This document shows positions 53,251 to 64,000 of a DNA stretch of 64,000 nucleotides, one piece after another. How positions within the stretch are numbered: position 1 is the first letter of the stretch; each line of letters begins with the position of its first letter. The stretch covers positions 1 to 64,000 of the forward strand of contig JBFLGF010000050.1 of NCBI GenBank assembly GCA_050230475.1, read 5' to 3'. Origin of the DNA: Ancylonema sp. Lineage: Eukaryota. A program made the position numbers and the translations under genes. The notes beneath the pieces are model-generated. The model was given only the letters and a program-made list of their open reading frames with translations, had not been told where the DNA came from and did not search any database.

Positions 53251-56200
53251 ATGGCTGGTCGGAACGCCCCTCCAACTCTGGAGGATCTCATCAATCATTT
53301 GCTCGGAGACGATCTTCTTTTGAATGTATTACGCCACCTGACAAGCGCCGCAGACAGGCGCAAATTTGGTCTTGTCTGCAAGCGCTGGCTGAGGCTCCAG
53401 AGAGCCACGTGTCAGAAGCTTTACGTGCTTCGAGCTGAAGCCACGTCCTCGCTGGCCGACCGGGTCCACGCCGTGAAAGAGCTTGACTTCAGCCTCTGTG
53501 TTCAGGTGCGAAGACGGCAAACGGACTTTCTTATTATCACGTCGGTATATGAACGATCATAAAGTCAGTCAAACTCGGTTCGAACTTTAAATTTAGACCG
53601 AAACTGAACTTCAAACTTTTACATCTGCAGAAGCAGGGAATGTGTAGTAAGGTGTGTGGAATGGCATAAATTCTGAAAACAATGTTCATAAAGCTTCTAC
53701 AAAATATACAAATCATAATAAAACTGAACTTGTCCTCAGATATTGCCTCTCCCCGACTCCAGCTGTCAATACCCATCCCGATGTCTGCCTCCAACTTGCC
53801 AGGTGGCAGATGCCGAACTGTGCCAGGTCACACAGGCTATGGGTAGCGGGTTGCGCAGCCTAGACCTGTCAAATAACCGACGAATCACGCACCAGGGACT
53901 GGATTCCGTAGGCGCCCACTGTGCAAATCTCCTGCGACTACACCTGGTGTATGGAACCTTCAACGACCTCGGCCTAGAAAGTGTCGCCAGGTGTCGCAAG
54001 ATTCAGGTGCGCGTGCACGCACGTGTGGGGTTTGTGTCACGTGTTCTCTACACAAAAAATAAGATGTAGAGAAAGGAAACATGGTCGAGTCAAGTTTTGT
54101 GTTTTATTGTTTCAATGCACATGTGGGGGGGGCGTTGGGTAGAGACAGCTGGCAGCTGGGAGAAGATGACAGCTGGCAGGTGTAGGAAGGCCAGTGGGAA
54201 GATAGATAGGAGAGTGGAGGTATGCGAATATTTCAATTCAATTCCGGTCGGTTCGGTTTCGTCGCAATAAAAAGAGGGAGTCAGGAGTCGTGGAGGATAT
54301 GGTAGCAGCGTAATATGTTTTTAGGGGGGGGGGGAAACAAAAACAAAAACAAAAACAAAAAAAACGTAAAAAATTGAAGGTTTGTGCACTTTGGTTCTAA
54401 CCCCCACCTCTCCTCCCCGTGATTGCAGATATTGTCCCTAGTGAATTGCCGTCAGATCACAGACGCCGGCCTGACTGCCATAGCCCATGGGTGCCAGGAG
54501 CTCCAGGAGTTAAGCATCAAATGGTGTATCCTGGTTTCAGACGCAGGCGTTTGCATGATTGCGAACCACTGCAGACGATTGGTCTCCTTGGATCTATCGT
54601 ACACACAGGTACACTGAAACCTGTTCTCATTAATACTGTGCTGATTAATAACCTGTCCTCATTAATACTGTGCTGATTAATAACCTTTCCTCATTAATAC
54701 TGTGCTGATTAATAACCTGTCCTAATTAATACTGTGCTGATTAATAACCTGTCCTAATTAATACTGTGCTGATTAATAACCTGTCTTTTTTATTAAAAAA
54801 CGTTCCGACCGATTTCGGGTTATCGATTTCGGGTCTGACGAGTTCAATAATAACCTGTCCAAATTAAAAAAAAACTAGGTTTACGTGAACCTAGAAATGT
54901 ATCTCCCTTTTCATTTCCCCCTACATTTTCGTCCTTCCTTTCCTTTGTTCAATGTCGTCCCAAAAATACTACCCATCTCACTAAACCTGGGGAAAATAAA
55001 ACGCCTGCAGGTCACCGGCGACAGTCTCCATTCCGTTTCCACCCTCCCCCTCCTCCACTCCCTCCGTCTCGTCTCCTGCCCCTCCATCACCGACTCCTCT
55101 CTCTCTCCCCTCTCCTCCCTCTCCTCCCTCCACCTTCTGGACCTCATGACCTGTGAGGGGGTGAGTGATGAGGGGTTGGCATCGCTAGCGGGCGCCAGCT
55201 GTCAACTGCAGCACCTCAATGTGTCCTACTGCAGACAGGTAGGGGGGGGGGGGGAGGGAGGCTGGGGAGGCTGGGGCTAGAGGTTTGAAGTGTGCAGAGT
55301 TTTTTTTTGGGTTTTTTTTCCGGGGGGGGTGAGAGGAACGGCTGCTGGTTTGGGGTTGATTTTTTTGAGTAATTCTGTAATTGGGTAATTGGGTGACTGG
55401 GTCTCGTTTTGGTTTGCTTCTGATACTTGATAGTTTCCCGTCTGGTTCACGGGGTCACACACTCATCTACTCTGGGTCTTTTTCTAACTCCTCTAACAAA
55501 CTGACTTCCCTAAAATGATGAATTTATTGAAACAAAGTCACACTGCCTACAAAAAACTAGCTGCTTGTAAAGAACCAACTGCTTATAACGAACCTTCCAC
55601 TCATAAGGAAGTCGAAACTGCCTTGTATGACACACCAGAAGCCTTCCGTAAAATGAAAACAGGTTAACAGAAGCAAGAGAACTGAATCTGGTCGCCCCCA
55701 TATGTCTATTCCTGGTCCCAATAACCCTACTAACCCATAAAACCCCTAATAACTCTACTAACCCTACTATCCCTAATAACCCGAATACCCCAACAACCCT
55801 AATCACCCTAATGACCCTAACAACCCTAACAACCCTAATAACCCTGATAACCCTAATAACCCTGATGACCCCAATAACCCTAATAACACTACTTACCCTA
55901 CTAACCGGAATACCCCTACTCCCTTGCCACAGAACCTCCCTCTTGACATCATTCCTTACCAACTCTTTCTCTCTCTTCTCTCTTCTTTCTATTTTCTACA
56001 ATGCAACCACTTCTGCTTCGATTTTGAGGGAACAACTTCACTCTTCCTGCTAACTGAATTCACTACATTCCCCCTCCCCCCCCATCACCTAAACCCCATT
56101 TATCTTTTACTTGTAGAAAAACCTTTTCCATGCACACGGATACAAACTCTCTCACACACAGAAAACTAGGAAAGCAAAAAACAACAATAAATACAAAAGA

Positions 56201-59142
56201 AATACAAAAAAACAAAAAAAAAAACGTTCTTCCACCCCCCCCCTTTCCCCCCCCCAGATGACCGACTCCTTCCTCTCCAGCCTGCGCCGTCAGCCCCTCT
56301 CCGTCCTGAAGCTAGACGTGTGCAGTATGACAGTCACGGGATTCACATCCTTCGCCCCAGCCGCCTCCCTCCTCACCTCCCTCAGCCTGAGGCGGTGTGG
56401 GGGGGTGAGCGACGAAGTGCTGGCCGCCCTTCTGCCATTCTGCCCAAAATTAGAGCACCTTGACCTCACGTGCTGCCATAAGATCACGGACTGCACCATG
56501 GAACTGCTGGGGAGGTGCAATAAGTGAGGGGGGGGGGTCGTTGGACTGTGGTTGTTTTATGCGGCATGCCGGATGTCTGCATTTGAGTTTTCCGACTTTT
56601 TTTCTTGTCTTCAGTGGATTTTTTTCGGTTTCGTTTTTTTACTCTTTTTCGGGAGTTTTTTTTTCTCATTTAGAGTGTGGTATTGGGAGAAGGCTTCAGT
56701 TTGTGGAAGAGGGAAAAAGTCGATCCCTATTTTGCTCACTTCATACTTCTAAAACCTAAGGTCGGGTCTTCAGTGCCCTCCACCATGTATCTCAGAGGGG
56801 GGGTGGGGGGTTGGGTGCTGTTTCCAGGAAGCTTCTCAAGCTTTTGGTTGAGGGGTGCACCCTCTTAACTGATACCGGGCTGGCTTCTGTCTGTGGGTCG
56901 TGCGATCTTCAGGACCTTGATCTCACTGAGTGCGAAGTCAAAGACTCAGGTGGAAATCATAATCATAACTGGAATTGTAATGATGAGGGGGATTGACTGT
57001 TGGTGACTGAGGCTCAGGGGGATTTTTTTTTTTTTTTTGAAAACCCTTATGTGGGAAACTTCATTACTAGATACTATTTCAATATTGAAAATAAAACAAA
57101 AAAGAAAAAACTGGTTCTTTTTCGGGTTTTCACTCTCAGCATGTGGCATTTATGGAAAATCAGACAAATCATTATTTGAGGTGGGGTTGTATTTCGTTTC
57201 TTACATTGTTTTTCGTTTCGTTTTTCGTTTTTTTTTTTTTTCTTTTTGGGGGGGGGATGTGTGGCAGGGGGGCGAGCTATCTCGGAATGCACAAATGTTC
57301 AGAATCTGAAGTTGGGATTTAGTGTTGGACTAAGCAGTGCAGGGCTCGCTTGGATAGGGGATGCATGCGCAAAATTAGCAAATCTTGATGTTTACAGGTA
57401 TCGTGTCTATTGCCAGAACCCTGCTTGTCATGCATATGTGTATGCACATACATACATACTTCAACACATACACACATACGTACATACATACATAACTACA
57501 TACATACATAACTACATACATACATACCTGCATACATACATACATACAAAAAGAAACACATCCATATATACATAGACATACATACATACGTACCTTCATA
57601 TACATACATACCTATATACATACATTACATGCGCTCCAACATTATATACTAAACGTTCATCAATACATATGTACATGTATATGCATGTACGTGTACGTGT
57701 TTGTATGTACATGTGTACCTGTGTCTACTTTTGCATGCCATCTCCCATTTCATGTGACGCGTCTGATAGTCAGATTTTTTTATACGCACACTGCTAACAA
57801 CAACACCTCGTTATAAAAAAAAATCCACAATATCTTCCCACTTGTGTTGTAATGAACGTAAATTGAACAATGACGTCATGAACAATGACGTCATCTCTAT
57901 GTCATCCCATGGAGACTTGATAGTAGACACTTCTCTCTCGTGTGATTCTTCACGTCGGGCATTCTACACTAAGTGACCCGTAACCGGTAGTCTGTAACCT
58001 GTACCATGTATGGTGTAACCACCATTTTGATTTATGTTACCTCCTAATCCTCTAGGAATGAGATGCACGTTTCCTTCCCTCTCTCCCACGTGGTATAAAA
58101 ACTACAAACCAAATGTTAAATACAGAAACCAAAAACCAAAAACCAAAAACCAAAAACCAAAAACCAAAAACCAAAAACCAAAAACGAAAAGCAAAAAGGC
58201 AAAAGGCATTCCCTTCCTCCCTCCGTACAGATGCGAGAGCGTGGGCGACGAAGGCATCGTCGCAATCGCCGCCGGTTGCCCCCACCTCCTAAACCTCAAC
58301 CTCTCCTACTGCACCTCCATCACAGACAACAGCCTCCAAGCCATCGCCCAACACGCGCACCAACTCATCAATCTAGAAGTGCGAGGGTGCGAGAAATTGA
58401 CGAGCGTTGGGCTCATGGCTCTCGCTCACGGCTGCCCCTCTTTGAGGGAGTTGGACATCAAGCGGTGTCGTCAAATCGGGGACATGGGGGTGCTGGCCGT
58501 CGCAAAATGTTGCCTCGATTTACGCCAAGTAAATTTCCCGCCTTGCCGCGTTTGTAGCACTCATGGGTGTGAAGAAACGCAAAGAACTTCAGAAATGGAT
58601 CAGGGAATGAGAAGTGGTAAATACATAAACGGTAAAGTTTCGTTCGTAATGAACAAACATGTCGCTTCACGGTCGGTTGTCTTGAACTCGAGTGCAAGAT
58701 TTGTTGGTAGTTGTTGTTAATGTTGCTTCCAGTTTTTTCGGTTCGTTTTATTTCATTTTTTTTATTTTGAATTTTTGTTCCCAAAAAAAAAAAAAAAAAA
58801 AAAACTACCGGTTGACATATGTTAGTATTGTTCTTTCATGTTTGTTTTCCTCCTCCTCAGGTCAACCTCTCCTACTGCCCCGTCACCAACGAAGGCCTCT
58901 TTGCCATTTCCACCCTCCCATGCATGGGCAACATGAAACTAGTACACTGCTCCCACGTAACCGACATAGGCATGTCGGATTCCTTGCTCGCGTGCACGGG
59001 GTTGAAAAAAGTGAAGCTTTTGGGCGTGCAGCGCCCCCGGTTGGCCCCTCAAATTTGGGAGACGTTAGAGTCACGGGGGTGCAAGTTGAGGTGGATGGAT
59101 AAACCCGATCCTGAGCAACCGTTACCAACACACGCACTCTGA
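53251..59142 (+). CDS. F-box/LRR-repeat protein (FBL3-like), 9 exons: 53251-53505, 53803-54006, 54429-54608, 55011-55238, 56258-56523, 56828-56949, 57268-57397, 58231-58528, 58861-59142
   Basis: N-terminal F-box LGDDLLLNVLRHL...LVCKRWLRL; many cysteine-containing LRRs (CRQITDAGLTAIAHGCQELQELSIKWC, LNLSYCTSITDNSL); C-terminus RGCKLRWMDKP. Introns are GT-AG and phase-consistent. Confidence 0.92.
54618..54785 (+). repeat. 32-bp minisatellite, ~5 copies, at the start of F-box intron 3
   Basis: ATTAATACTGTGCTGATTAATAACCTGTCCTC starts at 54629, 54661, 54693, 54725 and 54757. Confidence 0.95.
55720..55920 (+). repeat. Degenerate 9-bp repeat (ACCCTAATA)n in F-box intron 4
   Basis: Directly visible ACCCTAATA/ACCCTAACA/ACCCTGATA units. 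Confidence 0.85.
57440..57720 (+). repeat. Degenerate (TACA)n microsatellite in F-box intron 7; an (AAAACCA)n run follows at ~58125-58185
   Basis: Directly visible. Confidence 0.9.
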
Positions 59143-61029
59143 TCTCCGTCTGCTCAACGGGTATACGGTGTCCGCTTTCATACTAGCCCTAATACTTGTA
59201 GCCTCGTTGAAATCGATGTATATTTTTTAGCTCGCAAGCTAAGTTGTTCTTGTGATTTTATTGTTTTTGGTCTCATATGATGCACTTTGTGTGTCTTTTT
59301 GGCAAGAATGAAGTTTAGAAAACACACGGCAAATTTCATTTAGTTTGGGTGCATGACGTAACAAATGGAGTTGGGATGGTGCTCCGGGAATCCGCTACTC
59401 GACAGAGGTGTTCATGATAGTGCACCTCTCCGATGACTAAACTTTAATTTATCTTCCGTCCCACAGTCGTGTGTAAGGTGTTATTTGTACAGTATTAGTA
59501 CGAATCCGTAAAAATTTGTTCGTTTGCGTACTCACGATTTTCTTTAGTATAGAAACGTAGTGTGATCGAGGTCCAGCAGTCCGAACCCTTACCAACCGTC
59601 GTGCGTTGGTCTAGAGGTTAGGAAGCCACTCGAGTTTTGAACGTTGTATCATACGATACTTTAGGAAGGTGGTCATAAAAGGGATTGCACAAACGGCCGC
59701 TGGCGGCTGGCGGTAGTGCGGTTGGCAGTTGGGCCCCATCCCTATTGAGGAAATCGTAAGTTTGTCGTGAACCACAACCTACCCCCAACTGCTAGTACAA
59801 ACCCGAGGTGGGAGTCCATTCCTATTTGGTAAGGATAAGGTTGCACGACTCAGAAAAACAAGTGAGACTTGGGTTGAATCGAATCGCGGTGTCGGAGTGC
59901 TGTGGTATATTATGGGTGAACAAGACGATGGCTTGCAGACTCGGCTAAGCCAAGTCTTACCCCTGTAGTGGTACGGGTCTTGTGCTTTAAAATTTAAAGC
60001 ACATTTAAAGTTTAAATGCCACAATGCTAATGTATCGGCCATACATATCATGCGAATGCGAGTGTGATTGTGCCAATTGGCACAACTCGTTGAAAATGAC
60101 GCATGAACTAGAATGCGAATTCCATCCGTTCTGTAATGATGAAAGTAATCATAGATTGGAGTCGAGGCTCTTTGTTGATCGAATCGGAGTGAACGTTAGG
60201 ACATGTACATTTTGACCGGTTTTGTATATCCTAAACCGAATTAATACTCACGTGATCCATCCACCAACCAATACAAGTACTCAAACTCAACCATGTGCAA
60301 CTCTTTTCGCGGCGCCGCAAACCACACCACATGTTATTCCACGTGACCCTACATAGCCGGTCACCAACGTACAACTCCCTACCCCTTACACCAAATATGT
60401 CGACCTTGCCGTCTAATGCCGTTTTCAAAAGATAACACACACACACCGTGACCGCCCCCATGTAGCCACTACCTCCACCAACCATAGTGGTCATAGGCGC
60501 ACCAAACAATTTGGGTGTGAAACCAACCACAATGCCATAGACTCATATTTCCGAAGACCATCAGGAAGCGACGTACATGCCGCGCGCGTTCAATCATCTC
60601 AATCAGGTGCCATGTTCATACACGAGTTCATTTCGATGTCACTTTAACACTTGGATTTTGTTGTCGCTTCTCAACCGCGCCAGTGCGACAAATGTGGTGT
60701 GAGCATGTTCCGTGGTTATACCGATTATCCGAAATACAGGTGATAACAGTTGATACCCGCTTTTTCAACGAGTTCAATTTAAACCCGCGTAGTTTTGACG
60801 ATATTTTTCCCACGCAGCCTACTTTTCCCTCGATGTAACGAGAACAAATAATGCAAAAAAAATATTTTCCGTCACATCGGTTTCGTTATAAACTTTATGG
60901 TGACAATTCCACTTTTGGTCACCATACGGAGTGATGTGTACGCGTACGGTTCATGCCACTTTTCTACGAGTGCCAAATGCCATTCGTTATAATTGTATAC
61001 GCGTGAACGATCTATTTGTTGGTTGTTAT

Positions 61030-61367
61030 TGTTAAATTTTAGGGTCTGTGAACTTTTGTCGGTATATCGATTTTAGGCTTTGTTCGGAAGTTAAGTTTTG
61101 AGTTTTGTCGATGTTGTCGTTTTTCCTATCGATATGATTACGATGATTAGTTATGGCCATCTGGCAGTTTGTCGATAAGTTTCGATGATATGGCACAATA
61201 CTTGATTATGATTGGAGTTGACTAATAGTTCTGATCAGTAGAGATCTTTAACTAGGAGGAGGCATGGATCACACTCGATTGTACACAGTTAGGGCTTGCA
61301 CTTTTGTTGTGTGTGTTTGTAAAGCTGTGAATGTTTGTGTCAAGAGTGCGAAGACTGTTACTTCTCG
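61030..61367 (+). mobile_element. Truncated LTR of the same copia family as 41867-47132, in the opposite orientation
   Basis: Starts TGTTAAATTTTAGGGTCTGTGAACTTTT (compare the reverse complement of 47132 inward) and follows the LTR to GAAGACTGTTACTTCTCG, with an internal deletion near 61295. Confidence 0.92.
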
Positions 61368-64000
61368 ACTTATATTCCTATATTTAAGCAAAACTTCTCG
61401 CCGGACGATTCTCGTCAAGACCAACAGTTGGATAAATTACATGACGACATCTAAAAGTGGTATTGTAAATATATAAACGGCATATTATCAAGAACGGATT
61501 TTTCACACCGATAATAATTTTGGCGAGGAAAAAGAACAAACCGAGGAAATTGTTGATGTATGAAAATATTTTTGATGTCAAATGTGACTCTACTTGTAGG
61601 ACGATTCCGCACAATCATATCACTTTTGTAAGACCTATACAAATTTTGTAGATTCTTGCCACTTTTACAAATATCAAAACGTTGTATTGAATCAAATCTT
61701 TAACTCATGTTGTTGTTCCCAAACATTAAAACACATACAGATGTTACTGAATGTCCCCCCCCACCTCCCAAATACCGATACAAAACTCGAGCCGAGAACA
61801 ATTGCAATATCTAGCATTCAAAATCGAATTGTAACCATGTGCAATTTAGGTGAGGACAAAAATACAATAGAACACCAAATCTACGTTATGAACAAATATA
61901 GGGGGTAAGCTTAATAATCTAAAGGGGGCATAACACTACAAATGAAAAATCAAAGGTAACATCCCTAGCTACTACGTGATCACGAACGTGCCAAACTACA
62001 TAGCCATGCAACACTTGTAAATCTACACCGTAGTCGGTGTGCAAGGTTTACAAGTCTTGCTCGGCACATTTATTTACAATACACCTACACTGTGATATCC
62101 AATAGAACCTTTTCGAATAAGCTCGCTAGAAGAAACTCACCCATACGAGGAACCACTTTGTGGATTTACCGGAGTAATTACATACATCACAAACGTTGTG
62201 GATGTAGAAACATACGATGTCATAAACATATTTTCAAGCGGATTTGGATTTTTTCACATAGAAATTCTTTTGTTAATTCCGCTCCGGGCCACCCTCTTGG
62301 CATGAATAAACATTCGTAGTGTTTGGAGCAGCCCCCCACCCTCTTCTTCCACCTTGTGGATAAGTATCCCCCGTTCCTCCCCCTTTGGCATACGCACCCG
62401 GTTCTTCCGCCCCCCATTCCTTGGACAAACACCTTCTCGGTGCCCCATCAAGCTCGGATGTGCACCCACTCAACCACCTATTTTCGGTGCACGTATCTCT
62501 ATTGCAAGAGAAGAGGAATTTCTCTCGGTGCACCCATCTCTTTTGGAAGAGGAATTTAGTGAAGGGGGGAGACTCATGATCACATTTAGAATGTTTTTAA
62601 ACCTTCTTTCTGATATGAAAACAGTTAGTTAAGTACTGCCGCACATCATTTTTGTATTTTTTTGGGGCATAATTTTCTTTCATTGACCACATTTTCTTTA
62701 CACTAAAGATTCTTACACATATTGACGCATGCCACATGTCTCAAATCCGCCACTCCGGAATTAATATCAGATCGTAAATGTAGTAGATCCAGATCGAGCA
62801 TTTACAAGTTAACGGGTGTTGTCTATCACCATACTATTTCCCGAATGTTATCATCCTCATATAGCGTTTCCCATTTCCAAGTGCTCACCACATTTTCGTA
62901 TGTTGGCTCTCTCGACTTCTACTCCACAACATTTTGGTTTTCGATGTCTATCCAAAGAGATATCTCCTCTCCCGTTGGAGCCACCACCACCCTCTTCGGC
63001 ACGGGCTACACCGGGAGGTTCGTCGAATGGTCACAAAACGTGTGAGGACCCTCGCTATTGTCACTAAGGCTCCCTAGCGAGGCTCCAACACTAAGCACTA
63101 GAGCGCTGATAGCGTAGTTTTCCCTATAGCGAGTTTTGTCCCTTTATAGTGATATGCGTGCCCCTAGCGGCTTTGTCCTTATATCAAGTGTTGACCCTTA
63201 GCTTTTCAATTTGTTTTTGTAACGAGTTCTAGTTATCCCACATCTTGAGTAGAGTTGTGAGAGTCGACTTTCACTATATCTAGTCCATAGGAATGCCATT
63301 AGAGCATTCCTATCAAGTCATGTACTTGCACCTTGTTGTGCCTACCATATCAACCAAAACATTTTGATCATCGGCTCATTGGTCTCCAACCTATCGGCTC
63401 ATTTCGCGATTGCCTTGTGTGTGCGCTTGCAACATAGATTGCTAGGAGTTTCATTCTATCCCACTCCTAACAAAACAGATGCATCCGAAGTGTTTCCATA
63501 GCAAGCCAATGGGTGTCGACCTCCGCTAGGAAGCTTGGGACGAACATGTGCTCGCATATGCTAAGAATCTTCAGCAGGTCACAGGGACTGCGCAAAAAGA
63601 GAAAAACATATGATTCAGAAGAGCATCACAACTCACAGAACTCAATGGTGATGATACTGCGGGCACCTCAAACTCTTGTTCGGTCATAAAAGGCGCAGAA
63701 TTGACCGTTTGCGTCCCGGAAGTCACAAAAACGTGAGATCACAATTGTGGAAGTTGGGACCTACTTGGAAGCTTGCCAGACTTGGACCGTCAGGGGGAGA
63801 ACCACGGTAGGCACCGGAGGACCGTTTTTCGCAAAATTTAGTTATGGAGATGTAATTGATTTTTTTGGGGACTCTTCGGCGTCCAAGCCTAAACATTTTA
63901 GAATCTGGTTTTTTTACCATGCCGAAATACCGAGCGAAAGGTCTGCAGCGGAGTCGCGCGATGAGGTGATTTCAGATTCCTGCGATCTTTTCCGGGAGAG

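Noticed and set aside
54618..54785. 32-bp repeat of CRISPR-like length
   Set aside because: The units are contiguous with no spacers.
59598..59640. tRNA/SINE-like A-box TTGGTCTAGAGG
   Set aside because: No B-box and no cloverleaf can be drawn.

Overview
This is a eukaryotic, intron-rich, gene-dense window from a green plant. The NACK-type kinesin-7, SYP7 syntaxin, DTC and FBL3-like genes, together with simple-repeat-laden introns, suggest a streptophyte alga or early-diverging plant (inference). Eight spliced genes were rebuilt by hand from GT/AG boundaries and recalled family motifs: an MDR/enoyl-reductase-like oxidoreductase (+), syntaxin SYP7 (-), mitochondrial di/tricarboxylate carrier (-), VPS55 (+), a DUF4336 protein (-), NACK-like kinesin-7 (+), N-terminal glutamine amidohydrolase NTAQ1 (-) and an F-box/LRR protein (+). 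Mobile DNA includes two Ty1/copia elements (one complete with TGGAG TSD, one cut by the window edge), a truncated LTR, non-autonomous hAT-like elements with CATAGTT-like ends and 8-bp TSDs, and several TA-flanked MITEs. The most notable observations are: (1) a 1045-bp apparently identical tandem duplication of three kinesin exons that is out of phase; (2) copia gag ORFs that start inside the LTR and read through the tRNA primer-binding site in two diverged families; (3) a 63-bp satellite inside a TIR element with a second MITE nested in it; (4) recurrent G-tract donor / C-tract acceptor introns. No CRISPR array, rRNA or convincing tRNA was seen. No searches were run, so all family assignments rest on motif recognition.
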